Below, one piece after another: positions 1 to 9,343 of a stretch of DNA of 64,000 bases. Under the pieces are notes generated by a model that saw only the letters and a list, made by a program, of their open reading frames with translations, had not been told where the DNA came from and did not search any database. Both the position numbers and the translations under genes were made by a program. The DNA is taken from positions 544 through 64,543 of the forward strand of contig CALUJN010000059.1 of NCBI GenBank assembly GCA_944320985.1, read 5' to 3'. Positions within the stretch are counted from its first letter, which is position 1; each line of letters begins with the position of its first letter. The stretch is from an uncultured Alistipes sp. (GTDB lineage: Bacteria > Bacteroidota > Bacteroidia > Bacteroidales > Rikenellaceae).

Positions 1-61
1 TCCGGAACGGAATCCGCGCTTCGGGCTACTTTTGCCATCGGAAACAAAATACCCCCTTCCG

Positions 62-1120
62 ATGAATACCAGAATACTTATCCTGCCGCTTCTCTGGCTG
101 ACGGTTTCCTGCTCCGACCGCTCTCCGAAGCCGGAATGCTCCCCGGTATGTGTTGAGACTGCCCGGGCCACAACCGTCGAGGTCGCTTCCTGTCGCGAAA
201 TTCCCTTTATTGCCAAGCCGCTGCGCACGTCGACCCTTTCGTTCCGGGTTTCGGGGCCCGTCGAGCGCTTCGATCTCTATGCCGGAAGCTATTTCCGTGC
301 GGGAGAGCTCATTGCCGAGATCGATCCGCGCGACTTCCGGCTCCGTTACGAACAGGCCGAAGCTGCATGGCGTCAGGCCCGCTCCGATTACGAACGGGTT
401 GCGGCCCTCTATGAGAAGGATAACCTTCCGGCCAGCAGTTATGAAGTGGCCCGGGCGGCCTGCGTTGCGGCCGAAACGGCCCGCGATGCCGCTCTGAACG
501 CCTTGAACGACACGCGGCTTGTAGCGCCGTTCGACGGCTATGTCGGCGAGGTCTTTATCGAACGCCATCAGGATGTGAAAAACTCACAGCCGGTGGTGAC
601 TTTCGCGGACATCTCTTCGCTGCGCATCGAGATCTACGTTACTCAGGAGATCGCCATGCAGGCCGATTCGTTTGACGAGGTGACGATCGAGTTCGACCAC
701 CGCCCCGGCGAGAGTTTCCGGGCCCGGGTGGTCGAGTGCGCACGGAGCACCACTCCCAACAATCTTTCCTATCTGCTGACGGCCCTGTTGCCGAATCCCG
801 ACGGCTTGTTCCCGGCGGGAGTGTCGGGGCGCGTGCTGTTCGATCTGCCCGGAGAGGCCCATCAAAGGGTGGCTGTTCCTCGCAAGGCCCTCTGTCACAC
901 CTCCGGGGCGGGCGACTGCGTCTGGACGGTGGATACGGTCTCGGGACGTATCGCACGGCGCAACGTTACCATCGGTGAACTCCTTCCCGAAGATCGGATC
1001 GCCGTGTGCCGGGGGTTGACTGCCGGAGAGACGGTTGCCGTGAGCGGGCTGCGATTCCTGAACGACGGACAAATCGTCGAATGTCGCGAAACGGACAAAG
1101 TACGGACCGCCGAATTGTAA
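62..1120 (+). CDS. RND efflux periplasmic adaptor (MFP) lipoprotein
   Basis: Lipoprotein signal MNTRILILPLLWLTVSC from ATG at 62; lipoyl/hairpin motifs LSFRVSGPV, GELIAEID, LVAPFDGYV; C-terminal GLTAGETVAVSG; upstream of RND permease. Confidence 0.92.
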   Translation: MNTRILILPLLWLTVSCSDRSPKPECSPVCVETARATTVEVASCREIPFIAKPLRTSTLSFRVSGPVERFDLYAGSYFRAGELIAEIDPRDFRLRYEQAEAAWRQARSDYERVAALYEKDNLPASSYEVARAACVAAETARDAALNALNDTRLVAPFDGYVGEVFIERHQDVKNSQPVVTFADISSLRIEIYVTQEIAMQADSFDEVTIEFDHRPGESFRARVVECARSTTPNNLSYLLTALLPNPDGLFPAGVSGRVLFDLPGEAHQRVAVPRKALCHTSGAGDCVWTVDTVSGRIARRNVTIGELLPEDRIAVCRGLTAGETVAVSGLRFLNDGQIVECRETDKVRTAEL

Positions 1121-1125
1121 AGGCC

Positions 1126-1710
1126 ATGAAAAGACGGATTATCGACTGCTCGCTGAAAGAGCTCGGAACGTTCGGATTCCGAAAATTTACCATGGACAGG
1201 GTAGCTGCCGACCTGCGGATCTCCAAACGTACGCTGTACATGCATTTCCCCAGCAAGGAGCAGCTGCTCGAAGCGTGTCTGGAGGAGTGGCTGCACCGCA
1301 AGCAGCTTCTCGTTTGGACGGATGACAACCTGATCGATGAGCTTTGTACGCTCTACACCGGGATTCGATCGCTTGACCTCCCGGTGGTCATGCGCTGCTG
1401 CCGCGAACTCCGCCAATGCTGCTTCCCGGTCTACCGCTTCTTCCTGGAGCGTCTGTTCGGTTATGCGGAGGCGTGTGGAACCTGCGCCGAACGGGATGCG
1501 CAGGCGGGTTATCTCTGTCGTACGGTGTCGTCCCATACGGTCAGTGCCGTGGTGTCGGATTTTCTGATCCGGCTCTTCGGCAACGAGGAGGCACGGGTGG
1601 TCCTTCGCGGTTATCCGCTCTCGCCCGAGATCCTCGTGGTCTTTACGCGCGGACTCTGCACCATCAAGGGTCGTGCCTATCTCGATCAACGACTCAAAAC
1701 CCTCTCCTGA
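1126..1710 (+). CDS. TetR/AcrR family transcriptional regulator, cysteine-rich
   Basis: N-terminal HTH GFRKFTMDRVAADLRISKRTLYMHFPSKEQLL; ATG at 1126 in frame with ORF 1006..1710. Confidence 0.9.
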   Translation: MKRRIIDCSLKELGTFGFRKFTMDRVAADLRISKRTLYMHFPSKEQLLEACLEEWLHRKQLLVWTDDNLIDELCTLYTGIRSLDLPVVMRCCRELRQCCFPVYRFFLERLFGYAEACGTCAERDAQAGYLCRTVSSHTVSAVVSDFLIRLFGNEEARVVLRGYPLSPEILVVFTRGLCTIKGRAYLDQRLKTLS

Positions 1711-1714
1711 ACAT

Positions 1715-4700
1715 ATGAATACGCTGGTTAAATACTTTTTGAAAAACAAGGCGGTAACGTGGCTGCTGCTCGTGCTGGTACTCTTCGGAGGTCTCTACTC
1801 CTACACCCATATGGGCAAGCTCGAGGATGCACCCTTTACGATCAAACAGGCGTTGGTCATGACCCCTTATCCCGGCGCATCGCCCGAGGAGGTCCGCAAC
1901 GAGGTGACCGATCTGCTGGAGGAGTCGATCCAGTCGCTCGACGAACTCTACTACCTGAAGAGCGAGAACCGGGTCGGGATGTCGAAGATCACGGTCTACG
2001 TCAAGAAGGAGGTGCGGGCCGACGAGATGCAGCAGCTGTGGGACAAACTGCGGCGGAAGGTTTCCGACGTGCAGGGGCGTCTGCCCGAAGGGGCGGGGCC
2101 GTCGGTCGTGAACGATGATTTCGGCGATGTGCTCGGGGTCTTTTACGGACTGACGGGCGACGGTCGTACCTGGCGCGAACTGGACGACGAGGCCAAGCGG
2201 CTCAAGGACGAACTGCTGACGGTGCGCGACGTGGCGCGCGTGGAGATCTGGGGATCCCAGAATCCGACGGTCGAGGTGACGGTCGCTCCGGCCGTCCTGG
2301 CGCAGAGCGGCCTGACGACCGCCGATATCGCACGGGCCTTCTCCGAACAGAACCGGGTGGTCAATGCCGGAGCGCTGGAGACCGGAGAGAGTCGTCTGCG
2401 GATCGAATCGACCGGTACGTTCCGCACGCTGGACGATATCCGGCAGATGACCATCACCTCGCCTTCGGGCGAACATTTCCGGCTGGGTGACATCGCCCGT
2501 GTGGAGGAGTCGTATGCCCGTCCGGCCTCGAACCTCATGCGCATTGACGGACGCCCGGCGCTGGGTGTGGCTGTTGCCACGGTCTCGACGGGCAACGTCG
2601 TGGAGATGGCCCGGGCCGTGGCCAAACGGATCGAGACCTTCTCCGAAACCCTTCCCGACGGTTTTGTCCTGCATCCGATCTACGATCAGGGACATGAATC
2701 CGAGGTAGCCAACCGCGGTTTTGTCTGGAATCTCGTGATCTCGGTCGTAACGGTCGTTGCCATCCTGCTCTTCTTCATCGGACTGCGCAACGGACTGTTG
2801 ATCGGCAGCGGGTTGATCTTTTCGATCTTCGCCACGCTGATGGTCATGCAGGTCGAGGGGATCGCCCTGCAACGCATGTCGCTTGCCGCGATCATCATCG
2901 CCATGGGCATGCTGGTCGACAACGCTATCGTCGTCTCCGATTCGGCGCTCATCAACATGCAGCGCGGCATGCGCAAGCGCGTGGCCATTCTGCGTTCCTG
3001 TTCCTCGACGGCCGTGCCGCTGCTGGCCGCGACGGTGATTGCCATCCTGACCTTCCTGCCGATCTACTACTCGCCCCATATCACCGGCGAACTGCTTTCG
3101 TCGCTGGTCGTCGTGATCGGCGTGTCGCTGATGTTCAGCTGGGTGTTTGCCCTGACGCAGACGCCCTTTTTCATCCAGGAGTTCGTACCGCGTCCGCGGC
3201 AGGGCCAGCTGCCGGCCGATCCCTATGCCGGCCGGCTTTACGATGGGTTCCGGAGGGCTTTGCGGGCCGTGATCTGCCGCAAGTATGCCGTTATCGGGGG
3301 CCTTGTGTTGCTGCTGGGGTTGTCGGCCTGGGGCTTCCGCTTCATCCCGAAAGTCTTCACGCCGTCGCTCGACAAACCCTATTTCACGGTGGACATGTGG
3401 ATGCCCGAAGGGACGCGCATCGAACGCACCGATGCCGAAGCTGCGGCCGTGGCCGACTGGATCCGTCGCTTCGAGAGCGTGGAGCAGGTCTCGGCCTTTG
3501 TCGGACGCACCCCGCCGCGCTACTACCTCTCGAATGCCTCGTTCGGACCGCAGCCCAATTTCGCACAGCTGCTGGTCAAGTGTCACTCCTCGAAAGAGGC
3601 CCGGTCGTTGCAGGCCTTCCTGCAGGATTCGGCACGCCGTCGCTTCCCCGAGCCGTTGGTCAAGGTCAACCGCTTTGAGTTGAACACCCAGCCCGAGGCG
3701 TTGATCGAGGCGCGGTTCCTGGGACCTGATCCGGCGGTGCTCGATTCGCTGGTGGGGGAGGCCGTGGCCGTCATGCGCCGCAATCCGAAGGTCGCGGACG
3801 CACGTAACGAGTGGGGCAGCATGGCGATGATGCTCCGTCCGGACTACGATGCCGTGCGGGCCGGAGCGATGGGCATTACGAAGGCCCGGATGATGGAGTC
3901 GGTGCGTGCTGCGGGCGACGGACTTCCGGTCGGCATCTACCGAGACGAGGAGGATCGCGTTCCGGTGCTGCTCCGCATGCCGGTCGAAGGGCTGACGGAC
4001 CTCGGGACGCTCTCCGTCTGGAACGGCAGCCGCTCGGTACCCCTCTCGCAGCTCACGCGCAGCATCGAAACCGCGTGGGAGTATCCCCAGATCCGGACCT
4101 ACAACCGACAGCTCTCGATGGCCGCCATGTGCGGCGTGCAGCCCGGCGCCACGATGGCCGAGGTTCACGGCGAGATCCGCCGCGAGGTGGAAGCGATCCG
4201 CCTGCCCGAAGGCTACACCTTCTTCTGGGACTCGCAGTTCAAGGATCAGAGCGAGGCGATGGAGGCGCTGATGAAATACTTCCTGCTGGCCTTTCTGGTG
4301 CTGGTTGTGATTCTTGTGGCGCTGTTCGGCAACTACCGCGAACCGCTCATCATCCTCTGCGTGCTGCCGCTGTCGCTCATCGGCGTTGTCATCGGAATGC
4401 TGCTCACGGGCTTCGACTTCGGATTTTTCCCCATTGCCGGATGGCTGGGGCTGCTCGGCATGATCATCAAGAACGTCATCGTGCTGATCGATGAAATCAA
4501 TGCCCAGCACCGTACGGGAGTCTCGCTCCAGCGGGCCATTGTCGAGGCAACGGTGGCGCGTACGCGTCCTGTGCTGATGGCCGCCATCACAACCATCGCC
4601 GGCATGATCCCGCTGCTGTTCGACATCGCTTTCGGAGGCATGGCCGCGACGATCATCTTCGGTCTGACCTTCGCTACGGGGCTTACGCTCTTCGTGACCC

Positions 4701-4741
4701 CGGCCCTTTATGCCCTGTTTTATCGTGTGAAAATGAATTGA
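1715..4741 (+). CDS. RND efflux permease (AcrB/AcrD/AcrF family)
   Basis: About 1008 aa; YPGASPEEV, GMLVDNAIVV (TM4), GMIIKNVIVL, RTRPVLMAAITT, LTLFVTPALY motifs. Confidence 0.95.
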   Translation: MNTLVKYFLKNKAVTWLLLVLVLFGGLYSYTHMGKLEDAPFTIKQALVMTPYPGASPEEVRNEVTDLLEESIQSLDELYYLKSENRVGMSKITVYVKKEVRADEMQQLWDKLRRKVSDVQGRLPEGAGPSVVNDDFGDVLGVFYGLTGDGRTWRELDDEAKRLKDELLTVRDVARVEIWGSQNPTVEVTVAPAVLAQSGLTTADIARAFSEQNRVVNAGALETGESRLRIESTGTFRTLDDIRQMTITSPSGEHFRLGDIARVEESYARPASNLMRIDGRPALGVAVATVSTGNVVEMARAVAKRIETFSETLPDGFVLHPIYDQGHESEVANRGFVWNLVISVVTVVAILLFFIGLRNGLLIGSGLIFSIFATLMVMQVEGIALQRMSLAAIIIAMGMLVDNAIVVSDSALINMQRGMRKRVAILRSCSSTAVPLLAATVIAILTFLPIYYSPHITGELLSSLVVVIGVSLMFSWVFALTQTPFFIQEFVPRPRQGQLPADPYAGRLYDGFRRALRAVICRKYAVIGGLVLLLGLSAWGFRFIPKVFTPSLDKPYFTVDMWMPEGTRIERTDAEAAAVADWIRRFESVEQVSAFVGRTPPRYYLSNASFGPQPNFAQLLVKCHSSKEARSLQAFLQDSARRRFPEPLVKVNRFELNTQPEALIEARFLGPDPAVLDSLVGEAVAVMRRNPKVADARNEWGSMAMMLRPDYDAVRAGAMGITKARMMESVRAAGDGLPVGIYRDEEDRVPVLLRMPVEGLTDLGTLSVWNGSRSVPLSQLTRSIETAWEYPQIRTYNRQLSMAAMCGVQPGATMAEVHGEIRREVEAIRLPEGYTFFWDSQFKDQSEAMEALMKYFLLAFLVLVVILVALFGNYREPLIILCVLPLSLIGVVIGMLLTGFDFGFFPIAGWLGLLGMIIKNVIVLIDEINAQHRTGVSLQRAIVEATVARTRPVLMAAITTIAGMIPLLFDIAFGGMAATIIFGLTFATGLTLFVTPALYALFYRVKMN

Positions 4742-4743
4742 CC

Positions 4744-6045
4744 ATGAGATTTTTCCCTGTTATATCGGCTCTTTTCCTGCTGGTCTCGGTCGGAGAGGCA
4801 GCCGCTCAATCTGCCGAGGATTCGCTGCTCGTGTGCTACCGCCGGATGGCACTCGACAGCGATGATGATCTGAAGGCCGCAGCCAAACGCATCGAGGCCT
4901 GTAACGAACTGGAACGTGCGGCGCGTGCCGGGCGGATCCCGACCCTTTCGGCGGGGGGTGACTTCCGTTATACGGGCAATCCGCTGGAGTATTCGACCGA
5001 ATTGCCGGGAGTCGGACCGCTGACGTTTCAGGGACAGAACTGGAAGTACGGAGCCTCGGCCACGCTGTCGCAACCCCTTTATACGGGCGGACGGATCTCT
5101 GGGACGATTCGTATGTCCGAGTCCGAAACACGGATGAGCGAGGCGCAACGCGAACTGTTGCGCTCGGAGGTCTGCTACCGCGTCGACGTGCAGTATTGGA
5201 CGGCGGTTGCCCATCGTGAGCGGGTGGCGGTGGCCGAAGAGTATCTTGGCGTTGTGGCCGATCTGGAAAGGATCGTCCGCGAACGGGTCGAAGCCGGCCT
5301 GTGCGACCGGCAGGAGCTGCTGACCGTAGAGGTCAGGCACAACGAGGCCCGTTACAGGCTGTTGCAGGCCCGGAGCGATTTCGAGACGGGGCGCATGGCG
5401 CTCAACGCCCTGATCGGCGAACCGCTCGATGCCGAGACGCCCGTCGATGAGGTGCTTCCCGAGGTCGAACCCGGTGCGGCAGGTCTTTCGGGTGCGGGGC
5501 TGCATCCTGCAGTCCGGCTGGCACAGGAGCGGATCGATTGGGAGCGGAGCGCCCTGTGCGTCAGCGATGCTGCGTACAAACCGCAGTTGCATTTTGCGGC
5601 AAATGGCGGTTATTTCGCCCCGGAATATGATTCCCGGCCCGATCTGTCGCCCAATTATACGCTCTATGCGCAGCTCTCGCTGCCGATTTTCCAAGGCGGC
5701 AAGCGTCGCCGGGAGCGTCGTGCCGCGGAGTATCGCATCGGCATGGCTTCCGATGCCCTGCACCGCGTCGAGACGGACCTCGATCTGGAGACCCGCACGG
5801 CCCGTACGGCCCTCGACGAAGCGCAGGAACGCGTCACGCTGGCCGCTTCATCGCTGACAAAAGCGCTCGAAAACGAACATCGCGCCTTGGAGAAGTATAC
5901 CGAGGGCGCCATCTCGATCTCCGAGGTGATCGATGCCCAAATTTACCGCCAGACGGCGCAGGAGAACCTCGTAGCGGCAAAAACGGCGGCCCGGATGCAC
6001 TATGCCGGACTCCTGAAGGCTACGGATGCCTACCGTTTTCGATAA
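4744..6045 (+). CDS. TolC family outer membrane efflux protein
   Basis: Signal peptide; repeated motifs LSQPLYTGG and LSLPIFQGG; ends YTEGAISISEVIDAQ; follows RND permease. Confidence 0.92.
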   Translation: MRFFPVISALFLLVSVGEAAAQSAEDSLLVCYRRMALDSDDDLKAAAKRIEACNELERAARAGRIPTLSAGGDFRYTGNPLEYSTELPGVGPLTFQGQNWKYGASATLSQPLYTGGRISGTIRMSESETRMSEAQRELLRSEVCYRVDVQYWTAVAHRERVAVAEEYLGVVADLERIVRERVEAGLCDRQELLTVEVRHNEARYRLLQARSDFETGRMALNALIGEPLDAETPVDEVLPEVEPGAAGLSGAGLHPAVRLAQERIDWERSALCVSDAAYKPQLHFAANGGYFAPEYDSRPDLSPNYTLYAQLSLPIFQGGKRRRERRAAEYRIGMASDALHRVETDLDLETRTARTALDEAQERVTLAASSLTKALENEHRALEKYTEGAISISEVIDAQIYRQTAQENLVAAKTAARMHYAGLLKATDAYRFR

Positions 6046-6117
6046 GTTTTCGTATCTTTAGGTCGTCGTAAACACCCTGTGATGCATTCCGATCGAAAAA
6101 ACCGTTGACTATCCGGT

Positions 6118-7116
6118 GTGCTGTTCGCCGGACTGGGACTCTTTGCGTGGCTGCTGCTGACCCGCTACACGAATCTGTCGCCTCGGAGCGAGGAGGTGTT
6201 GGGCCCGGTCTGGGGAGCGGTTTTCCTGGTGGCGCTGTTCACCGTCCTGGGATTTCTGACGCTTCGTATTTCCGCCTGGCTCAATGCCCAATACCTGCTT
6301 CATGCCCGCAGCAAATGGAAAATCGCACTGGCCTATCTGGGTGTCATGGGGATGTTTTTCGCGGTTGACTACGGATTCCTCGTTGTTGGCAAACTGTTGG
6401 CCAGAGCGCAGCATCCCTTTACCTTCCCGAACGGCGGCGTGCGGATGCTGGTGGTCGTATGGCTGGTGGAGCTGGCCGTACTGGGGTTGCTGCTTGCCAA
6501 TCGGGCCATGGCCCAGACGCTTCGCCTCCGGCAGCGCTCTGCCGAATTGCAGCGGGAAAACAATACGGCCCGCTATACGGCGTTGCAGCAGCAGCTCAAT
6601 CCGCACTTTCTTTTCAACAGCCTCAATACACTCGTCGCCGAGATCGAGTATGACCCGGCGCGTGCCGTCGCCTTTACCCGCCGACTTTCGGATGTCTATC
6701 GTTATGTGTTGCGTGTACAACGGCTGCCGCTCGTAACCCTCGACGAAGAGCTCCGTTTTGCCGAAGCCTACCTTTACCTGCACCGCGTGCGGCTGGGCGA
6801 ATGCCTCGGCTGCCGGATGGAGATCCCCGACGAGATGCGCGAGTATCGTCTGCCGCCGCTGACGCTGCAGCTGCTTATCGAGAATGTCATCAAACACAAT
6901 GCGATCACGGCTTTGCATCCTTTGGAGATCGGGATTGCCGTCCGTGACGGATGGCTTACGGTCTCGAATCCCATCCGAGCGAAGCGTGGCGTGGAGTCCG
7001 GCGGAGTCGGTTTGCAGAACCTTTCGAACCGTTGCCGGATCATGCTGGGCCGAGCCATTGAGGTCGTGCATACCGAAGCGAGTTTCACCGTGAAAATACC
7101 CTTGAGCCATGAATAA
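6118..7116 (+). CDS. LytS-family membrane sensor histidine kinase
   Basis: Four predicted TM segments then ALQQQLNPHFLFNSLNTL, PPLTLQLLIENVIKHN, GVGLQNL. An in-frame ATG at 6082 is cut by TGA at 6106, so the start is uncertain. Confidence 0.9.
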   Translation: MLFAGLGLFAWLLLTRYTNLSPRSEEVLGPVWGAVFLVALFTVLGFLTLRISAWLNAQYLLHARSKWKIALAYLGVMGMFFAVDYGFLVVGKLLARAQHPFTFPNGGVRMLVVVWLVELAVLGLLLANRAMAQTLRLRQRSAELQRENNTARYTALQQQLNPHFLFNSLNTLVAEIEYDPARAVAFTRRLSDVYRYVLRVQRLPLVTLDEELRFAEAYLYLHRVRLGECLGCRMEIPDEMREYRLPPLTLQLLIENVIKHNAITALHPLEIGIAVRDGWLTVSNPIRAKRGVESGGVGLQNLSNRCRIMLGRAIEVVHTEASFTVKIPLSHE

Positions 7117-7879
7117 ACTGCGTGTTGCCATCGTCGAGGATGAGATTCCCGCCGCCCGGTTGCTCCGCACGCTCCTTGCCCGCCTGCGTCCGGCCTGGGA
7201 GATCATCGTCCTGCCCGGGAGCGTCGAAGAATCCGTACAATGGTTTGCCGCGAACCCCCATCCGGATCTCCTGTTTCTGGATATCCAGCTTGCCGACGGC
7301 ACCTCGTTCGAACTCCTTTCGCAGGCCCGGCCCTCGTCGGCCGTCATCTTCGCTACGGCCTACGACGAATATGCCGTCCGAGCCTTCAGCGTCAACAGCA
7401 TCGACTACATCCTCAAACCGGTCGACGAGGAGCGTCTCGCCGAGGCAATCTCGCGTTTCGAAGCGCTCCGTGGGCGCATGCTGCCGCCCGACGACTATCT
7501 GGAGACGCTGCTCGACGCCCTGCAGCGGCGTGAAAAACGCTTCCGGACCCGTTTCCTGATTACCGGAGTGGACCGTTTTCTCACGCTGCCGGTCGATGAC
7601 GTGGCCTATTTCTATTCGGAGAACAAGGTGACGACGGCGGTGACTTTTGCGGGCCGATACCATGTGGTAGATCTCCCGTTGAGCCGGCTGGAAGAGCAGT
7701 TGGATCCCGACCGTTTCTTCCGGGCCAACCGGCAGGTGCTGCTCTCGGTGGGGGCGATCGAGCGGATCGAGCCCTATTTCAACGGAAAGGTTTCGGTGAC
7801 GGTCCGCCCGCCCCACAAAGAGAAGATCACGGTCAATGAAGAGCGTGTGCCGCTTTTCAAGACCTGGCTGAATTATTAA
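7109..7879 (+). CDS. LytTR family response regulator
   Basis: Receiver IVEDE, LFLDIQLADG, TAYDEYA, DYILKP; LytTR domain LDPDRFFRANRQ; overlaps the kinase stop. Confidence 0.95.
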   Translation: MNKLRVAIVEDEIPAARLLRTLLARLRPAWEIIVLPGSVEESVQWFAANPHPDLLFLDIQLADGTSFELLSQARPSSAVIFATAYDEYAVRAFSVNSIDYILKPVDEERLAEAISRFEALRGRMLPPDDYLETLLDALQRREKRFRTRFLITGVDRFLTLPVDDVAYFYSENKVTTAVTFAGRYHVVDLPLSRLEEQLDPDRFFRANRQVLLSVGAIERIEPYFNGKVSVTVRPPHKEKITVNEERVPLFKTWLNY

Positions 7880-8006
7880 CCGGATCGGACGGACGGAAGG
7901 TTTGCAACACATTTTGTTCGCTCTCCGCCTCTCGACCGGCTTTCTGGCTCGAAAACTGTCGTGCGACACCTTCTCGAAAAGGTCAGAAACATTTCAATCT
8001 TTCGAT

Positions 8007-8041
8007 AACCTTACGGTATCTGCGGATACGTAAGGTTTTTT
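8007..8041 (+). terminator. Intrinsic terminator after the efflux/LytSR genes
   Basis: AACCTTACGGTATC-TGCG-GATACGTAAGGTT stem (one bulge) running into a T tract. Confidence 0.65.
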
Positions 8042-8167
8042 ATTTCGAATGCTTCCGGAGTACTTCTTCTTGGACTTTATATAATATAAAAAGTCTCGAA
8101 AATATATTTTTCAGCTAAAAAAGGGCCGAAAAAGTTTTTTTTATTTTCTTTTTCAGCAATCATATAT

Positions 8168-8175
8168 TATATTTG
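8168..8175 (+). promoter_or_regulatory. Bacteroidetes sigma-A -7 element (TATATTTG), candidate pilus operon promoter
   Basis: Exact TAnnTTTG match in an AT-rich stretch; no canonical -33 TTTG at the expected spacing. Confidence 0.5.
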
Positions 8176-8734
8176 TAAAACAACATATTCCTCATTGCAC
8201 TTGTTATGACGGATGAAGGCACATACCATATTCGGCCGTTGTATGAAATGTCGAAAATCTCTTCCCGCTCCCGCTTCCGGAGCGGAGGGCTTCTGGTGCT
8301 TTCGATTGTGAACTCTTTGCAGAAAAGAATCCTGATCTGCTCTTCGACTCTCTTCGCCCGCAGAATCGTTCTGCCGGAAATGTCGTTTTGTCGTGAAGCT
8401 TTTTGATTCGCAGCGACGCCTTTCTTCTTGGTTAATCTGTAAATACTTTAGGGCCTATGCATAAAACCTCCATTCATTGTCTCTTCGTTCTGGGGTAGTT
8501 CCCCGGTTCGACTTCCGGATCGACTTCCTTCCCCGATCGGGGCTCCGGATTACAAATAGGACGCATCGGTAAACAAAATAGCGGCTCATGATCGTATTGC
8601 CGTCGAGATGTGTTACCTCGCAAGTTGAAATCCGATTCTTGCGGGGCCGGTTTATTCTCCTCTGTACCCATGCGTCAACTTCCGGACAATCGCCGCATTG
8701 TCCGCTGCAATGTCAATAAACAACAGACACAGGC

Positions 8735-9331
8735 ATGAAGATAAACTTTAAATTCTCCGGATTCTTCGCACTATGGATCGCGTGCGTCTTCCTATGTCAG
8801 GGCGTAAAAGGCCAGAACGTAGCCGTCAAGACAAACCTCCTCTATGACGTGACCGCAACGATCAATGCCGGCGTGGAGATCTCGCTCGCCCCCAAGTGGA
8901 CGCTCGATCTCTCGGGCAATTACAACAACTGGACCATGTCCGGCGACCGCAAATGGAAACACTGGTTCCTGCAACCCGAAGCCAGGTACTGGTTCTGCAA
9001 CAAATTCATCGGGCATTTCCTCGGAATCCACGCCCACGGCGGACAGTACAACCTCGGAAATCTGGACAACGACATCCGTCTGTTCGGTACCGACTTCTCC
9101 CGGCTTGCCGACAAACGCTATCAGGGATGGTTCACGGGAATCGGCGTGGCGTACGGTTATTCATGGGCCCTCGCCAAGCACTGGAACCTCGAATTCGAAA
9201 TCGGACTCGGATATGCCTATTCCGAATACGACTGTTATCCGTGTGCCGTCTGCGGCGAACGCCTCGATACGGGATGCCATCACTATTTCGGTCCGACGAA
9301 GGCCGCAATCAATCTGATATTCGTTTTCTAA
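8735..9331 (+). CDS. DUF3575-type outer membrane beta-barrel protein, type V pilus associated
   Basis: Signal peptide; AVKTNLLYD, QPEARYWFC, WNLEFEIGLGY, YFGPTKAAINLIFVF with terminal Phe. Confidence 0.88.
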   Translation: MKINFKFSGFFALWIACVFLCQGVKGQNVAVKTNLLYDVTATINAGVEISLAPKWTLDLSGNYNNWTMSGDRKWKHWFLQPEARYWFCNKFIGHFLGIHAHGGQYNLGNLDNDIRLFGTDFSRLADKRYQGWFTGIGVAYGYSWALAKHWNLEFEIGLGYAYSEYDCYPCAVCGERLDTGCHHYFGPTKAAINLIFVF

Positions 9332-9343
9332 ATACCGGACGCC

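Noticed and set aside
7948-8102. Three CTCGAAAA copies as LytTR sites
   Set aside because: Spacing (25 and 122 bp) and sequence do not match the LytTR direct-repeat pattern
8503-8518. tRNA-like T-arm GGTTCGAC
   Set aside because: 4 bp stem with an 8 nt loop and no acceptor, D or anticodon arms; not a tRNA
8206-8671. Small ORFs 8206..8406 (+) and 8474..8671 (-)
   Set aside because: No recognisable motifs; TTG-type or weak starts; more likely leader sequence
7880-8734. Invertible promoter upstream of the pilus operon
   Set aside because: I found no long inverted repeat pair flanking the promoter by eye, and there is no recombinase in the window; a computational repeat scan would settle it
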